Shown piece after piece: positions 50,321 through 64,000 of a stretch of 64,000 bases of DNA. Position 1 is the stretch's first letter; every line of letters begins with the position of its first letter. The notes beneath the pieces were generated by a model. It had not been told where the DNA came from, searched no databases, and worked only from the letters and a program-made list of their open reading frames with translations. The position numbers and the translations under genes were made by a program. Source of the stretch: the human T2T-CHM13v2.0 reference genome, Homo sapiens; the NCBI RefSeq assembly GCF_009914755.1, contig NC_060933.1; one strand, given 5' to 3'.

Positions 50321-52335
50321 ACCACCCTGGAGAGGCTCCCCACCAGCAGGCCAGCCTGCCCATCACCTGCTCTGATTTGCAGCAGTCACAGAAAAGTCCC
50401 TGGTCCCAGGGCCTCACTTAGAAACATCAGAAGCAGAACAAGAAAGAAGGAAAACTCGGCCCCCTAGCTCACTCCGCTAGGTGCTTCTTCCAGGACAAGA
50501 GGGTTCAGACTTCAGATGCAAAAGCAGATCCTAAGGACCCGCCATGTGTGGAGAGCGCAGGCCAAGAAGTGCAGTACCGAGCCCCAGGCTTCCCAATGTC
50601 CCAGATCTGTCTGGGGAGAAGGCTGTCCCGGAAGAGGGAGTCAGCTCAGCTCTGTGAACTGCAGCTGGAGGAGACAGTTGGTAAAATGCGGAAAGCCAAG
50701 AGGGTGAGAGCAGCAAAGTGGGAGGAGAGCCGCGTTACAACTCTGGAAGGTTCTGTGATAAGGGGGAGCAGAAAAACCCGAAGATCCAGAGCCCCCTTTG
50801 GTAGGGCGGTTTGTTTTTTAAGGGCAAGATGTCAGAGGATGCAGTTTGGTGGTTAGAAGATGGGGTGAGTTCGGGAACAAAGTGGGGGTGTTGGGGAGAG
50901 ATCTGCTGCACCTGGGGTGCATGGCTGGACACTGGTAAGGGTGAAGAAGCTGGCCAAGGCAGGGCTCTAAGGAATGCATCAGCCTGCCCTGGGCTCACTA
51001 CCCCATTTTCACCTGTGAAAGGCTGGCTTACAACAATTGAGCTTGGGGACAGTGGAGGCAGACAGGCCCCTTTGCCTGCACACCCAGCAGAGGCTGTGTC
51101 CTCCAGCGTGGCAGAAAACCCAGAAGCTGGCATTTAGTCCCTGAGGAGCCCTAACTCCACCCACGAATGCAGTTCAATCCCATCATTACAGATTTGGCGA
51201 TTATTTGGTGATTATACAGAGGGCTGTCAAGAATGCTGGCCTTGACCTCCAGGCAAGGAAAGCGTGTAAGTGCTGTGCCAGGTTTGGCCAGCAGGTGGCA
51301 GTGCCGCTGTCAGTCATTCCCTGGGAACCCACCCAGGAACGGGATGGGCAGCTGTGTGGGAACAGCCTTGTGCGTGATCACTTTGTGGTATCACTCATGC
51401 CTTTCCGGGCCTGTTTCTGTACCTGAAGAGTGATTTGAGACCCCACACTGGGGAATGAGAGTGCACACAGAGCCTATAAAGTGGCCCTCAGCGTGAATGG
51501 GCCCAGGGGTCTGGTAAAAGGCGGCGTCAGTGGGCGGGAGCAGCCACGCTGTCCTGATTGTGTGCAGGCACTACTGTGCTCATCACATCACCTCCCCTCC
51601 TCTGGGTTCCTGTGGCCGATATTTAAATGGAGGAACAGAGAGGGCAAGCAGTTACAGTACAGGATGTCTTGGATTTGGAGGAAGAACTGAGGCTTCAACC
51701 CTGTTCAATCCCATCATTACAGATTTGGGATTATATGGATGGCTGTCAAAAATGTAGGTAGGCCTTGACCTCCAGGCAGGGAAAGATTGTCTAAGAATGC
51801 CAAAGCTGTCACTTCTCTTGGGCTAATCCACTGATAGGATGTCTCTGCTGATCTTTATAGGATTTCTCTTTCTCCTTCTCCTCACCCTGAGAATGTACTG
51901 CTTATTTCTGAAAGTGCAATTCTAGGCACAAAGAGATCCAACAACTCACATCCTGTTATCTGTCCACACCCTGAATGTCACACAACACTTTCCAACACAA
52001 CACTGCACACAACGCAGTCATTACTATGCTTATTTCAAAACCACAAGTCTGTTGAGAGCAACTTCAAATTTACTGTTTTCAAAAAGCCACCCACCTAGAA
52101 AATCTTCATTCTAAACTCTTCTCTAAAAGATGCTATAAAACCAGGCTGCTTGGATGCAAGCTGATTCCTTAAACAACTCCTGAAGAGATAACTGAGGGAC
52201 AATCTTGTGCCCTGGATCAGTGCTTGCCAATTAGTAGGGTGTCTAATTAATTCTGAGAGTCTGCAGCTAGCATTTTAAAAGATGGTAAGAACAGACTAGA
52301 GGATGTCAGAATGCACGGTTCCTACTAAGGGCTCT

Positions 52336-52337
<2 letters not shown>

Positions 52338-52366
<29 letters not shown>

Positions 52367-52638
52367 GAGACAGAGTCTTGCTCTGTCTCTGGGGCTGGAG
52401 TGCAGTGGCGCGATCTGCAACTTCCACCTCTCGGGTTTAAGTGATTCTTCTGCCTCAGCCTCCCAAGTAGCTGGGATTACAGGCACCCGCCACCATGCCC
52501 AGCTAATTTTTTGTGTTTTTAGTAGAGATGGGGTTTCACCATGTTGGTCAGGCTGGTCTTGAACTCCTGACCTCGTGATTTGCCCGCCTCAGCCTCCGAA
52601 AGTGCTAGGATTACAGGCGTGAGCCACCGTGCCCGGCC
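52338..52638 (-). mobile_element. Alu, intron 5
   Basis: Alu consensus. Confidence 0.95.
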
Positions 52639-54113
52639 ACTTTTTTATTTAATGAAATAAAACTGAAGAGAAAAATCCAAGTGCACCGCTTTTACGAAGG
52701 GTGAAAGTTATTCCCTGTAACCTATGTCAGTTGTGTGAAATACATGTATGTGTACACTAAGTCATGGCGTAAAGTATATTCTCTATTTTCCACTGTGTGT
52801 TTCGGTAAAAACCTTTGAGAAGTCCTACTTTAATGGCAAAGAAAGCTTTTGCAGTGAGAGGTAGCCATATTTTCAAAACCATCTCCCGCTGGAACAGGAT
52901 GGCATCTCCAGGTTCCTCTCTGTCTCATGATGGCTCTTTCAGTTTGCACAGGACCCCCTGGCCCTGTCCTCAGAGGTCTCTGTACCAGCACATGGGCCAG
53001 GCAGTCTCTTCTGTGACCGTGAATGTGATGTTCGACTCTCTAGTCCGAGGGTGACCTGAACTTAGAAGGGCTTGTCAGTGACATGAGGTGACTTTCTGCC
53101 TTGGATCCTCATTGTCACCCCTTAACAGGTCAGTGCCCTGTATCCCCTTTGCCCCACCACACTCTCCCAGGAGCGCAGGCATCAGAGATCACCCACTGAC
53201 TCTAATCTGCAGCAGAGCCTCCCGCTCCCATGGAGAGGATCCAACTAAACTGAGGTGCTGGGGCACCGGCCATCTGCACAGGATGTGTCTTGCTCCTTAT
53301 GGGATCTGGAGAGAAAATGTGTATGTGTTTGTGGAGAGAGTAGAGACAGCAGGAGGAGGGCTCTGTAGGACTATTGTCTAATTAATTTTCTTCCTTTCCA
53401 AGGCCTTTCCCCTAAGAAGGACCCCGGACCCCATCAATGTGTTCGAGTTGTATGCTGGGAACTGGGACAGCCAATCAGAGAAGTTAAGTCCTAATGAGAC
53501 CAAGGATGAGCAGCTGCAGTTCCTAATTGACTTGCCACTTTCTCAGACCCTGAACCAGGTACCCAAAGACGTGGCTTTGTTCTCTGGAAACCCAGGACTG
53601 ACAAAGTGTGTGTTCACTGCAGCATCCCTACCACTGATGACCCGCGACTCTTTCCCCAAAACAGCTGCAATCAGGCCTGGGTGCCTTTGGACCAAACGTG
53701 GCTCAGAGAGGATAGAAGAGTCAGGAAGTACAGAATGAGAAGTCAAGCAGAGTGAGTGTGGGGGCGCTGAGGCTATCTGCGCCAGTGTGGCAGGCCCGGG
53801 GCAGGAGGCCCTGGCGTTGCAGTGAGGACAGTGCTTTGGACCCACACGGTTTGGCTGAGTTAAAAGTGCAGAAGTATATTCCAAGCAACCCACACTTGCT
53901 AATTTAAACATACAGGCCAGGAACATTTTTAGGGCAAATCATGTTAGCAATTGCCACTACTTCTAAAAAAGATCTCTGGTTTCTACCACAAATGAAATGG
54001 AAGAGGCACCCACTGACCATGCCATTAACTGATGAAACACAGTGGCCACCATCTGTGCGACAGATGGCTGTGTGCATGCTTATCATCCTGGGAGAAAGGT
54101 CTGCAGCTCCTAC

Positions 54114-54241
54114 CTGTGATTCGGTTTTCAATCTCCCCCTGCATCTGAAGCGAGTCCACATAAATGGTCCGGTTGCCAATGAAGCGTGCACAGGCAATTC
54201 CCCGGTAAGGCTGGCAGAACCCATCCTCGTGGTAATCATCC
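54114..54241 (-). CDS. ROR2: ROR2 exon 5: N-terminal part of CRD
   Basis: cttaccag|GGATGATTAC...ATCACAG|gtagga; 128 nt; [42 protein letters not shown]. Confidence 0.96.
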
Positions 54242-54319
54242 CTGGTAAGAAACACACAAAGTCTGTTAGAGCTCTGGGAGGTGCCAGGTCCCGCCAATGA
54301 CTTCTTTTATGATCCAGCA

Positions 54320-55055
54320 TCTTGCGATCCAGCAATTTTGTTACTTGGTATTTATATAAGTAAATTTAAATAAGTAGAACACATAAGTCACACAAAAACC
54401 TGTACGTAAATGTTTATGGCAGCTTTATTCATAATTGTCAAAACTTGGAAGCAATAAGATGTCTTTCTGTAGGTGAATGGATAAACAAACTGTGGTACAT
54501 CCAGACACTGGTATTATTTAGTGCTAAAAAAAAATGAGCTATCAAGCCACAAAAAGAGAGGAAACTTACATGCATATTACTAGGTGAAAAGAGCCAATCT
54601 GAAGGCTACATACATACTGTATGATTCCAATCATATGACATTCTAGAAAGTGCAAAACCATGGACAGCAAAACTATAGAGACTGGTTATAGAGAAATGTC
54701 AGTGGATGCCAGGGGTTATGAGGGAGGGAGGGATGGATTCCAAGAGACACACTGGGGTTTTAGGGCAGTGAAATATTCTGTATGATACTGTAATGGTGAG
54801 CACACGTCACTATACATTGGGCAAAACCCATAGAAGGTAAAACATAAAGAATAAGCCCTAATGTAAACTACTGATTTTAGTTAATAATAATGTTATCAAT
54901 ATTGGCTCAGCAGCAATAAATGTCTCACATGAATGCAAGACATTAAAATAAGGGAAACTATGAGAAGGAGGGCGGGAAGACTCTGGATTTTCTGTTCAAT
55001 TTTTCTATAAACCTACAACTGTTCTAAAAAATGCCTATTAATTTCAAAAAATTCC
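54320..55055 (+). mobile_element. Old L1 3' end (L1MB/MC) in intron 4
   Basis: gtaggtgaatggataaacaaactgtggtacatcc, ggctacatacatactgtatgattccaa. Confidence 0.8.
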
Positions 55056-55947
55056 ACATCTTTAAGGGAGTATGGAAAAAGAATGGGAGGACTGGTTAAG
55101 GGTGAGGATGATTCTTGAGGTGAAGGGTACACGGGGATGGGTATGTGTTTGTGTATACATGCACATACCCAGAACATCAGGCACGTGTTTCACCTTACCC
55201 TTGAACTATTTAATACATCAGGGACATTATGGCAATGCCCCTGCAAACTTCCCTTGTTTGCAAACAAGGCTTTTATGATAACGATGACAATCCACAAGGT
55301 AAACAGCAGAAATATTTGAAAAGGAGAAAAGCAATACACAAATGTATTCTCTACTATGTTCAAAGGTGATGGTAGGGACTCCAAGAAGTCCAAGCCTCAA
55401 AGAACTCACAGAATGGCATACATGCATGCCTACTCTACGCAGAAGTGCGACCTGGCCACCGCTGCATGGACGGCACAGACTGCATGTCACAGGCGTAGGA
55501 GGTCAGAAGAGGGAGAGACACGGACAGGCTGTTCTCCCTCCTGCTCCTCCCGGTCAGCCTGCATGGATGGGAAGATGGGGTAATCCTTTCCCAGGTCCCC
55601 AGGTTGGAGTTTGTGCTGAATTATTTTCTGCAGAAACTGTTGGTCTGGCTTCAGCCAATGAAAGCCATCATGATAAGTATCCTGGAGGATTTTAAAGTGG
55701 TGCTCAGGACCCTCCAAAGGTCCATTGACGCCAATGAGCCACAGCAGACACATCGGGGGCTGCCACTGCTGGCAGAAGAGGGGACTGAAGATGCTCGGAC
55801 AAGCCTTGCATGAGCACCTCAAGCCTGTAGCTTGTTTTCCAGAAAATCTGGAACCTACCCCATAAGCCTGAGAGCACTCGGCTTTCCATTCTACATCCAT
55901 TTAGAGTAGACCATCCCCAAATGAAATCTGAATTCTGTTCAATTTAA

Positions 55948-56259
<312 letters not shown>

Positions 56260-56988
56260 GAATGTGTTCAGTTTAACCACATGGATTTAAAATCCCTATC
56301 TGAACTCTCTTGCTAAGGCAGAGGCTGAACGCTTGCAATAGTGAAGACCTTCTCAAGCTTCTGCAGAAAACCCTTTTCTCAAAGAACAGAACCTGGAGCT
56401 ATAAATACTTCAAGAAAGAGATTTTGGTGTTAACTCCAGCTCACCAGCCATTGTTTCCTTGGGTTAAGGGTTCCTTAAAGGTAGTTTAAATAGGCAGCAC
56501 ATGTGTTAACAATGCGAGCCTGCCTGCCCAGCTTTCACTCTTTTTGCACTGGAGTTAACTGCTGATTAGACACTGGCCACACTACCAACATAAATGGAAG
56601 TCACCTCTGCCTGGGTATGTGCTGGACATGTCCCTGTCTGGAGGCGGGCTCAGGGTGCTTTGTCCACTCTGCTAGAAAAATCATTAAGACATGCCTGATC
56701 AGATTAATGTCAGCTATGCCTAAGCTATGAGATTCAGATCAGTCCCTTGGGATGCCCCCACAAGTGTAAGCCATTTCTTTTCTACCTTGCAAGAGTCAAG
56801 GAAGAGAAGGTTGTTCCCCCTGTTGCAGGCTTCTCCCTGGCCGCTGGTCAGGTGCCCACAGGACAGAGAGAGCAAGGGATGTAAGGAAGATGACAAGGGG
56901 GTGCTGGGGTGGAGGGTGCTCCTGCCATCATACCCCGCTCACACTTCCCTCACCGAAGCGGGCTTTCAATCTGAATAGACAATATCCA

Positions 56989-57482
<494 letters not shown>

Positions 57483-57741
57483 TTAAGTGGATCCCTGGGA
57501 AAGCAAGGAAAGGACTGAAACGGAATTTGGCAGCTATAAAATTCCTTCAGCAACGTAAGTGCAGTAGACATGCTCACCAGCTGGTGGAGCATCCACGTTT
57601 CAGAAATGAAGTGTGGAAATCCCCTGCCCCTCATGCTGCCAGGCACTGATCCAAGGCCTGACGGGACATGGATGAAGAAGAAACTTCTACACCAAGAAGT
57701 GATTGTCAGGGAGGAGAGAGGGTGCTAAATAAAGACAACTC

Positions 57742-58107
<366 letters not shown>

Positions 58108-58721
58108 TCAGGGAGAAACAGAGGCAGGGGCCAGCAGACTGTGATGGCAGGTGCTCCTCCACCAAGACTGGCAAGATGGTGGGGATCCACAGCCTTCCCC
58201 TAGATGACACATGCTGAGAATAAAAATTCATGGGTATTAATAATGAAGGAGGTTTAAAGGAAACTAAGGCTTTTTTAAGGTTGAAAAGGAATCCATGTCA
58301 AAATTCAAATGTAGCTACATATTGCATAGGAAGTTAACATTTTCCCCTAATTGTTTTGTTACAAAGTAGTAACCCATTCTCATAATTGTTTATCTTATTA
58401 TGAGAGAGGCTGACTGTCTAAATGGGCTGCCTGCCTAGGTGAAGCAGAGGAAGCTCAATCTGTGACTCACCAGGAGACAGAGCAGACCAGCCACATTCAC
58501 AAAGCAAAAACTCCCTAAGCATTGGGTGCTCTGACAGTAAGCTAATATGCAGCTGTATCAAAACTCAATACTCTTTACTTTGAATGCAAAACCTAGCATA
58601 CAAACCATGATGTCCACTATACAATAAAATTACCAGACATGCAAAGAAACAGGAAAATATAACCCGTGGTCAAGAGAAACAAACACAAAGATAACCTAGA
58701 TGTAAGAATCAGCAGAGCAGG

Positions 58722-59120
58722 TTGGATTAGGCCATTTTCATACCACTGATAAAAGACATACCTGAGACTGTGAGCAAAAAGGAGTTTAATTGGACTTACA
58801 GTTCCACATGGCTGTGGAGGCCTCAGAATCATGGTGGGAGGCACAAGGCACTTCTTACATTGGCAGCGGCAAGAGAAAAATGAGGAAGAAGCAAAAGTGG
58901 AAACCCCTGATAAACCCATCAGACCTCGTGAGACTTACTGTGACAAGAACAGCACAGGAAAGACCGACCCCCATGATTCAATTACCTCCCCCTGGGTCCC
59001 TCCCGCTACATGTGGGTGATTCAATTACCTCCCCCTGGATCCCTCCTGCAACATGTGGGAATTCTGGGAGATACAATTCAAGTTGAGATTTGGGTGGGGA
59101 CACAGCCAAACCGTATCACA
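58722..59120 (-). mobile_element. THE1 (MaLR) LTR
   Basis: attaggccattttcatac...ggacttacagttccacatggctg...gggacacagccaaaccgtatca. Confidence 0.85.
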
Positions 59121-59269
59121 GGGCTTTAAAGTAATAGATGTGGAAAACACAGAAGAAGGTGTAGTGAAGATGTGGGGTATTTCAGGAGGGATGGAAACTA
59201 TAAAAGAACTAAACAGGAAGCCTAGAACTGAAACATAAGAGTCTACAATAAAAGATTCATTGGATGGTG

Positions 59270-59862
59270 CAGCCATGCACCACATAACGATGTTTTTGGT
59301 TAACAGCAGACCACATACACAATGGTGGCCCCCTAAGATTACAATGGAGCTGAAAAATCCTCATCGCCTAGTGACATCGGAGCTGTCATAACACTGTAGT
59401 GCAATTACTCAATTTTTAATAAACTCACTGTAGCCTAAATGTATAGCGTTTACACAGTCTACAGTAGTGTACAGTAATGTGTAATGTCCTGGGCCTTCAC
59501 ATTCACTCGCGACTTACTCACTGACTCACCAGCAACAGCTTCCAGTCCTGCAAGCTCCATTCATGGTAAGTGCCCTATGTAAGTGTACCATTTCTTAATT
59601 TTTATACCATATTTTTACTGTACCTTTGCTGTGTTTAGATATACAAATACCATTACGTTACTGTTGCCTACAGTATTCAGTATAGTCATATGCTGTACAA
59701 GTCTGTAGCCTAGGAGCAACAGGCTGTACCATATAGCCTAGGTGTGCAGTAGGGGAAATCATCTAGGTTTGTGTGAGTACACTCTATGATGTCCCTACAA
59801 GGAGAAAATCACTAATGCATTTCTCACAACGTATCTCCACTGTTACATGATGCATGACTGTA
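59270..59862 (+). mobile_element. Tigger3c-like DNA transposon inserted in an L1 remnant
   Basis: cagccatgcaccacataacga start; catgatgcatgactgta end. Confidence 0.8.
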
Positions 59863-60005
59863 TAACAGAGTGGATACAGCAGAAGAAAAAAATCTATGAA
59901 CTTGAAGACAGATCAACAGGAGATTTCCAAACTGAAGCAAAGAGACAAAAAGACTGACAACTCTGATACAAATATCTAACAAGGACATCAGAAAAATATG
60001 ATAAG

Positions 60006-60310
60006 GGCCGGGTGCAGTGGCTCACATCTGTAATCCCAGCATTTTGGGAGGCCGAGGCAGGTGAATCACTTGAGGTCAGGAGTTCAAGACCAGCCTGGCC
60101 AACATTGTGAAACGCCATCTCTACTAAAAATACAAAATTAGCCAGGCGTGGTGATGCGTGCCTGTAATCCCAGTTACTCAGAAGGCTGAGGCAGGACAAT
60201 CGCTTGAACCTGGAAGGTGGAAGTTGCCATGAGCCAAGATCATGCCATTGCACTACAGCCTGGGTGACAGAGTAGGACTCCATCTCAAAAAAAAAGAAAA
60301 AAGAAAAGAA
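60006..60310 (+). mobile_element. Alu, TSD gaaaaata(t/c)gataag
   Basis: Alu consensus. Confidence 0.95.
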
Positions 60311-60929
60311 AAATACGATAAGGACATCACAAGAGTATCTAACAAGGACACCACAAGAGCGTTACAGACCAAAATGCCTACCATCAAAAGGGGCAACGTC
60401 CTCCTCAAAACATTAGCAAACTGAATCCAGCAAAATAAACACAGACAATACTAAAGAGGCCCATGGACCAACTGGGGTTAATTTAATGCCACTGCACTCT
60501 ATATTTGAAAATGGTTAAAATACCTGGGAATAAACCTAACAAAAGATGTCCAAGGCCTCCACACTTGAAACTTCAAAAATCACAATATTGAAATGAAAAC
60601 ATGTTCACAAAAATATGTGAAAACAAATGTTCATGGCTTTATTTATAATTGCCCCCAAATGCTCATCAATAGGTGAATAAACATATTGTAGTACATTCAT
60701 ACAACAGAATACTTCTCAATAAACAGGAATGAAGTGCTGTATAGTTAACCAGAATAAATCTTTCAGACATTACATTTAATGAAAGAGGCCAGACATAAGA
60801 GTCTCCAAACAAAATGTCAACAGCACAAGGCAGGAATTTTTAGTTTTTATCTGTTGCATTCATTGTTGTATCCTCAATGTCTTGAATGGGACCTGGCGCA
60901 CAGTTGACCCTCCACAGAAATTTGTTAAC

Positions 60930-61240
60930 TTTTTTTTTTTTTTTTTTTTTTTTGAGAGACAGAGTATTGCTCTGTCGCTCGCCCAGGCTGGAGTGCAGTA
61001 TCACGATCTTGGCTCACTGCCACCTCCACCTCCTGGAGGTTGATTCTTCTGCCCAGCTTCCCAAGTAGCTGGGACTACAGGCAGTCACCACCACACCCAG
61101 CTAATTTTTGTATTTTTTAGTAGAGATAGAGTTTCATCATATGTTGGCCAGGCTGGTCTCAAACTCCGGACCTCAGGTGATAAGCCCACCTCAGCCTCCC
61201 AAAGTGCTGGGATTACACGCGTGAGCCACCACGCCCAGCT
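60930..61240 (-). mobile_element. Alu
   Basis: Alu consensus. Confidence 0.93.
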
Positions 61241-61835
61241 GAAGCTGAAATGTGTTAACTGAATGAATGATTTCCTTGAGAATTAGACGCTGTATATTAC
61301 TCTCTGCTTCCAAAATGAAATACTCTGAATATCTGACTGTACTGATAACAGATGTGGCAAAAACATCCACTTGATCCAACTAAACATGCCCAACACCAAT
61401 GTTTGATATCATAAAAATCCAAGTCAGCAGAACCTTGGAAATACTGGCTTTTGCAATGGCCACCTCTAAGGCCAGGATCACATAAGGTGGCCAGAGGCAG
61501 AGAAGACAATGGCTCTGAGGGTGCCAGTTCCCTGGGAAGTAAATTTTATTTTCCCCTACGCTGTTCAGGTGGCTAGTCCCTCCCAGGTAAGCCAAACACT
61601 TTCCCCCTTGGAAGGTTGCTGTATCCTTGAAAAACCCTGAAGTCAGTTGGTAAAAGGCTCTCACTGTGCATAATATGGTGTAAGAGCTAGCCCCTGGAAT
61701 CCACGGGCTCGGGTGGAAACAAAACAACCTAAAGCGGCATTCCATGTGTGAGTGCACATCAAGTGTGCACATTTTCATTATTGTTGAAATGCAAATATCC
61801 TGTGTCACCATATGGTCTCATTTATTATTTATTAA

Positions 61836-62616
<781 letters not shown>

Positions 62617-62691
62617 TAAAAAGATGTCACTGAGAAAAAAATTAGACTGGCTTCCCTCCTTCAAGTTCTGTCTGAATTAAGTTGAACTTGA

Positions 62692-63171
<480 letters not shown>

Positions 63172-63571
63172 TAATTAGGATAAACTCTGAACTAGACTTA
63201 TGAAAACTCCCCGAAAATAGCAATGGAAGGAGTTTGGGCTGGCAGCTGGCCGAATTCCGTGTAGACACACTTGGCGAGCGGTGCCTTCGAATCATCCACT
63301 TGGCGAGAGGTGCCTTCAAATCATCCACCTGGAGAGGCTCATTATGTGGGTGAAACATATGGGGCTGGAGCTGGGGAGATAAGTCAGACTTGAAAACAAG
63401 GAGTCCCGGGTCACAAACATCTGGATGGAGAACGGCTGAAGTCTTGGAATTAACTGATTCTTGTTCCCATAAGAAAATAACAGGGCCATGGCCCCAGGAA
63501 GGTGATTTCCCAGAGGCCAATAATTAACATAACTTTTCATTATTCAAAAGAATAACACACTTTCCTTGAGC

Positions 63572-63573
<2 letters not shown>

Positions 63574-63605
<32 letters not shown>
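63574..63605. repeat. (GT)n dinucleotide STR
   Basis: About 16 GT units. Confidence 0.95.
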
Positions 63606-63607
<2 letters not shown>

Positions 63608-64000
63608 CACAATATGCATGCACACACCTGTGGGCCATGGGGTGGGTCCAGGACAGCAACACACGCCAGCCAAGGGCTCTGGTGCTCTGACTTCGGGAAG
63701 GCAGCACGCCCCACCCCACCACTTCCCTCCCACTAGAAGCAGGACCTGTGTATGGGCCTATACTCATCTAAATGTGCCACGTTTCAGCAGAGCAGGAAAA
63801 ACAAAACCCACATATGAAATATGAGACAGGCAGCCTAGCATTAATCTCCAAGCACGACCAACACTGCCGCTGAGTCAGCTTGGATAACCCGGGCCTCGGA
63901 AGGTCCATCTGTGGAGGCACCGCCTTTTCTTCAAGCTTTGTTCTCCATATACACACCCTCCTCACCCCCAATTAAACAGGGATAGAAGGGAAAGCAATGT

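Overview
Human (hominoid) genomic DNA carrying the 3' end of ROR2 (chr9q22) on the minus strand. Five coding exons are present, numbered 5-9 from recalled gene structure: 54114-54241, 49854-50168, 47642-47887, 43271-43473 and 40392-41837. They encode the Frizzled-type CRD, kringle, transmembrane helix, pseudokinase and S/T-P-rich tail. All junctions are GT-AG and splice in frame; the 3'UTR is about 1.07 kb with AATAAA at 39344-39349. Exons 1-4 lie beyond the right edge. Bases 1-39 kb are downstream flank, dominated by Alu, L1, LTR and DNA-transposon remnants, two large TG-rich arrays, a G-rich minisatellite and several local duplications. Almost all other ORFs in the track are repeat or antisense artefacts. 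I cannot show a wholly new biological system from sequence alone. Best leads: (i) intronic stop-plus-AATAAA cassettes after exons 7 and 8, predicting a secreted ectodomain and a kinase-less receptor; (ii) an intact LTR12 promoter with a splice donor, pointing antisense at ROR2, next to a minisatellite of YY1/CTCF-like motifs; (iii) rearrangement scars, including an inverted Tigger3 copy that keeps the pre-Alu empty site, a tandem duplication in which only one copy expanded its TG tract, and fold-back palindromes. Repeat subfamily names come from recalled consensus sequences and their boundaries are approximate.
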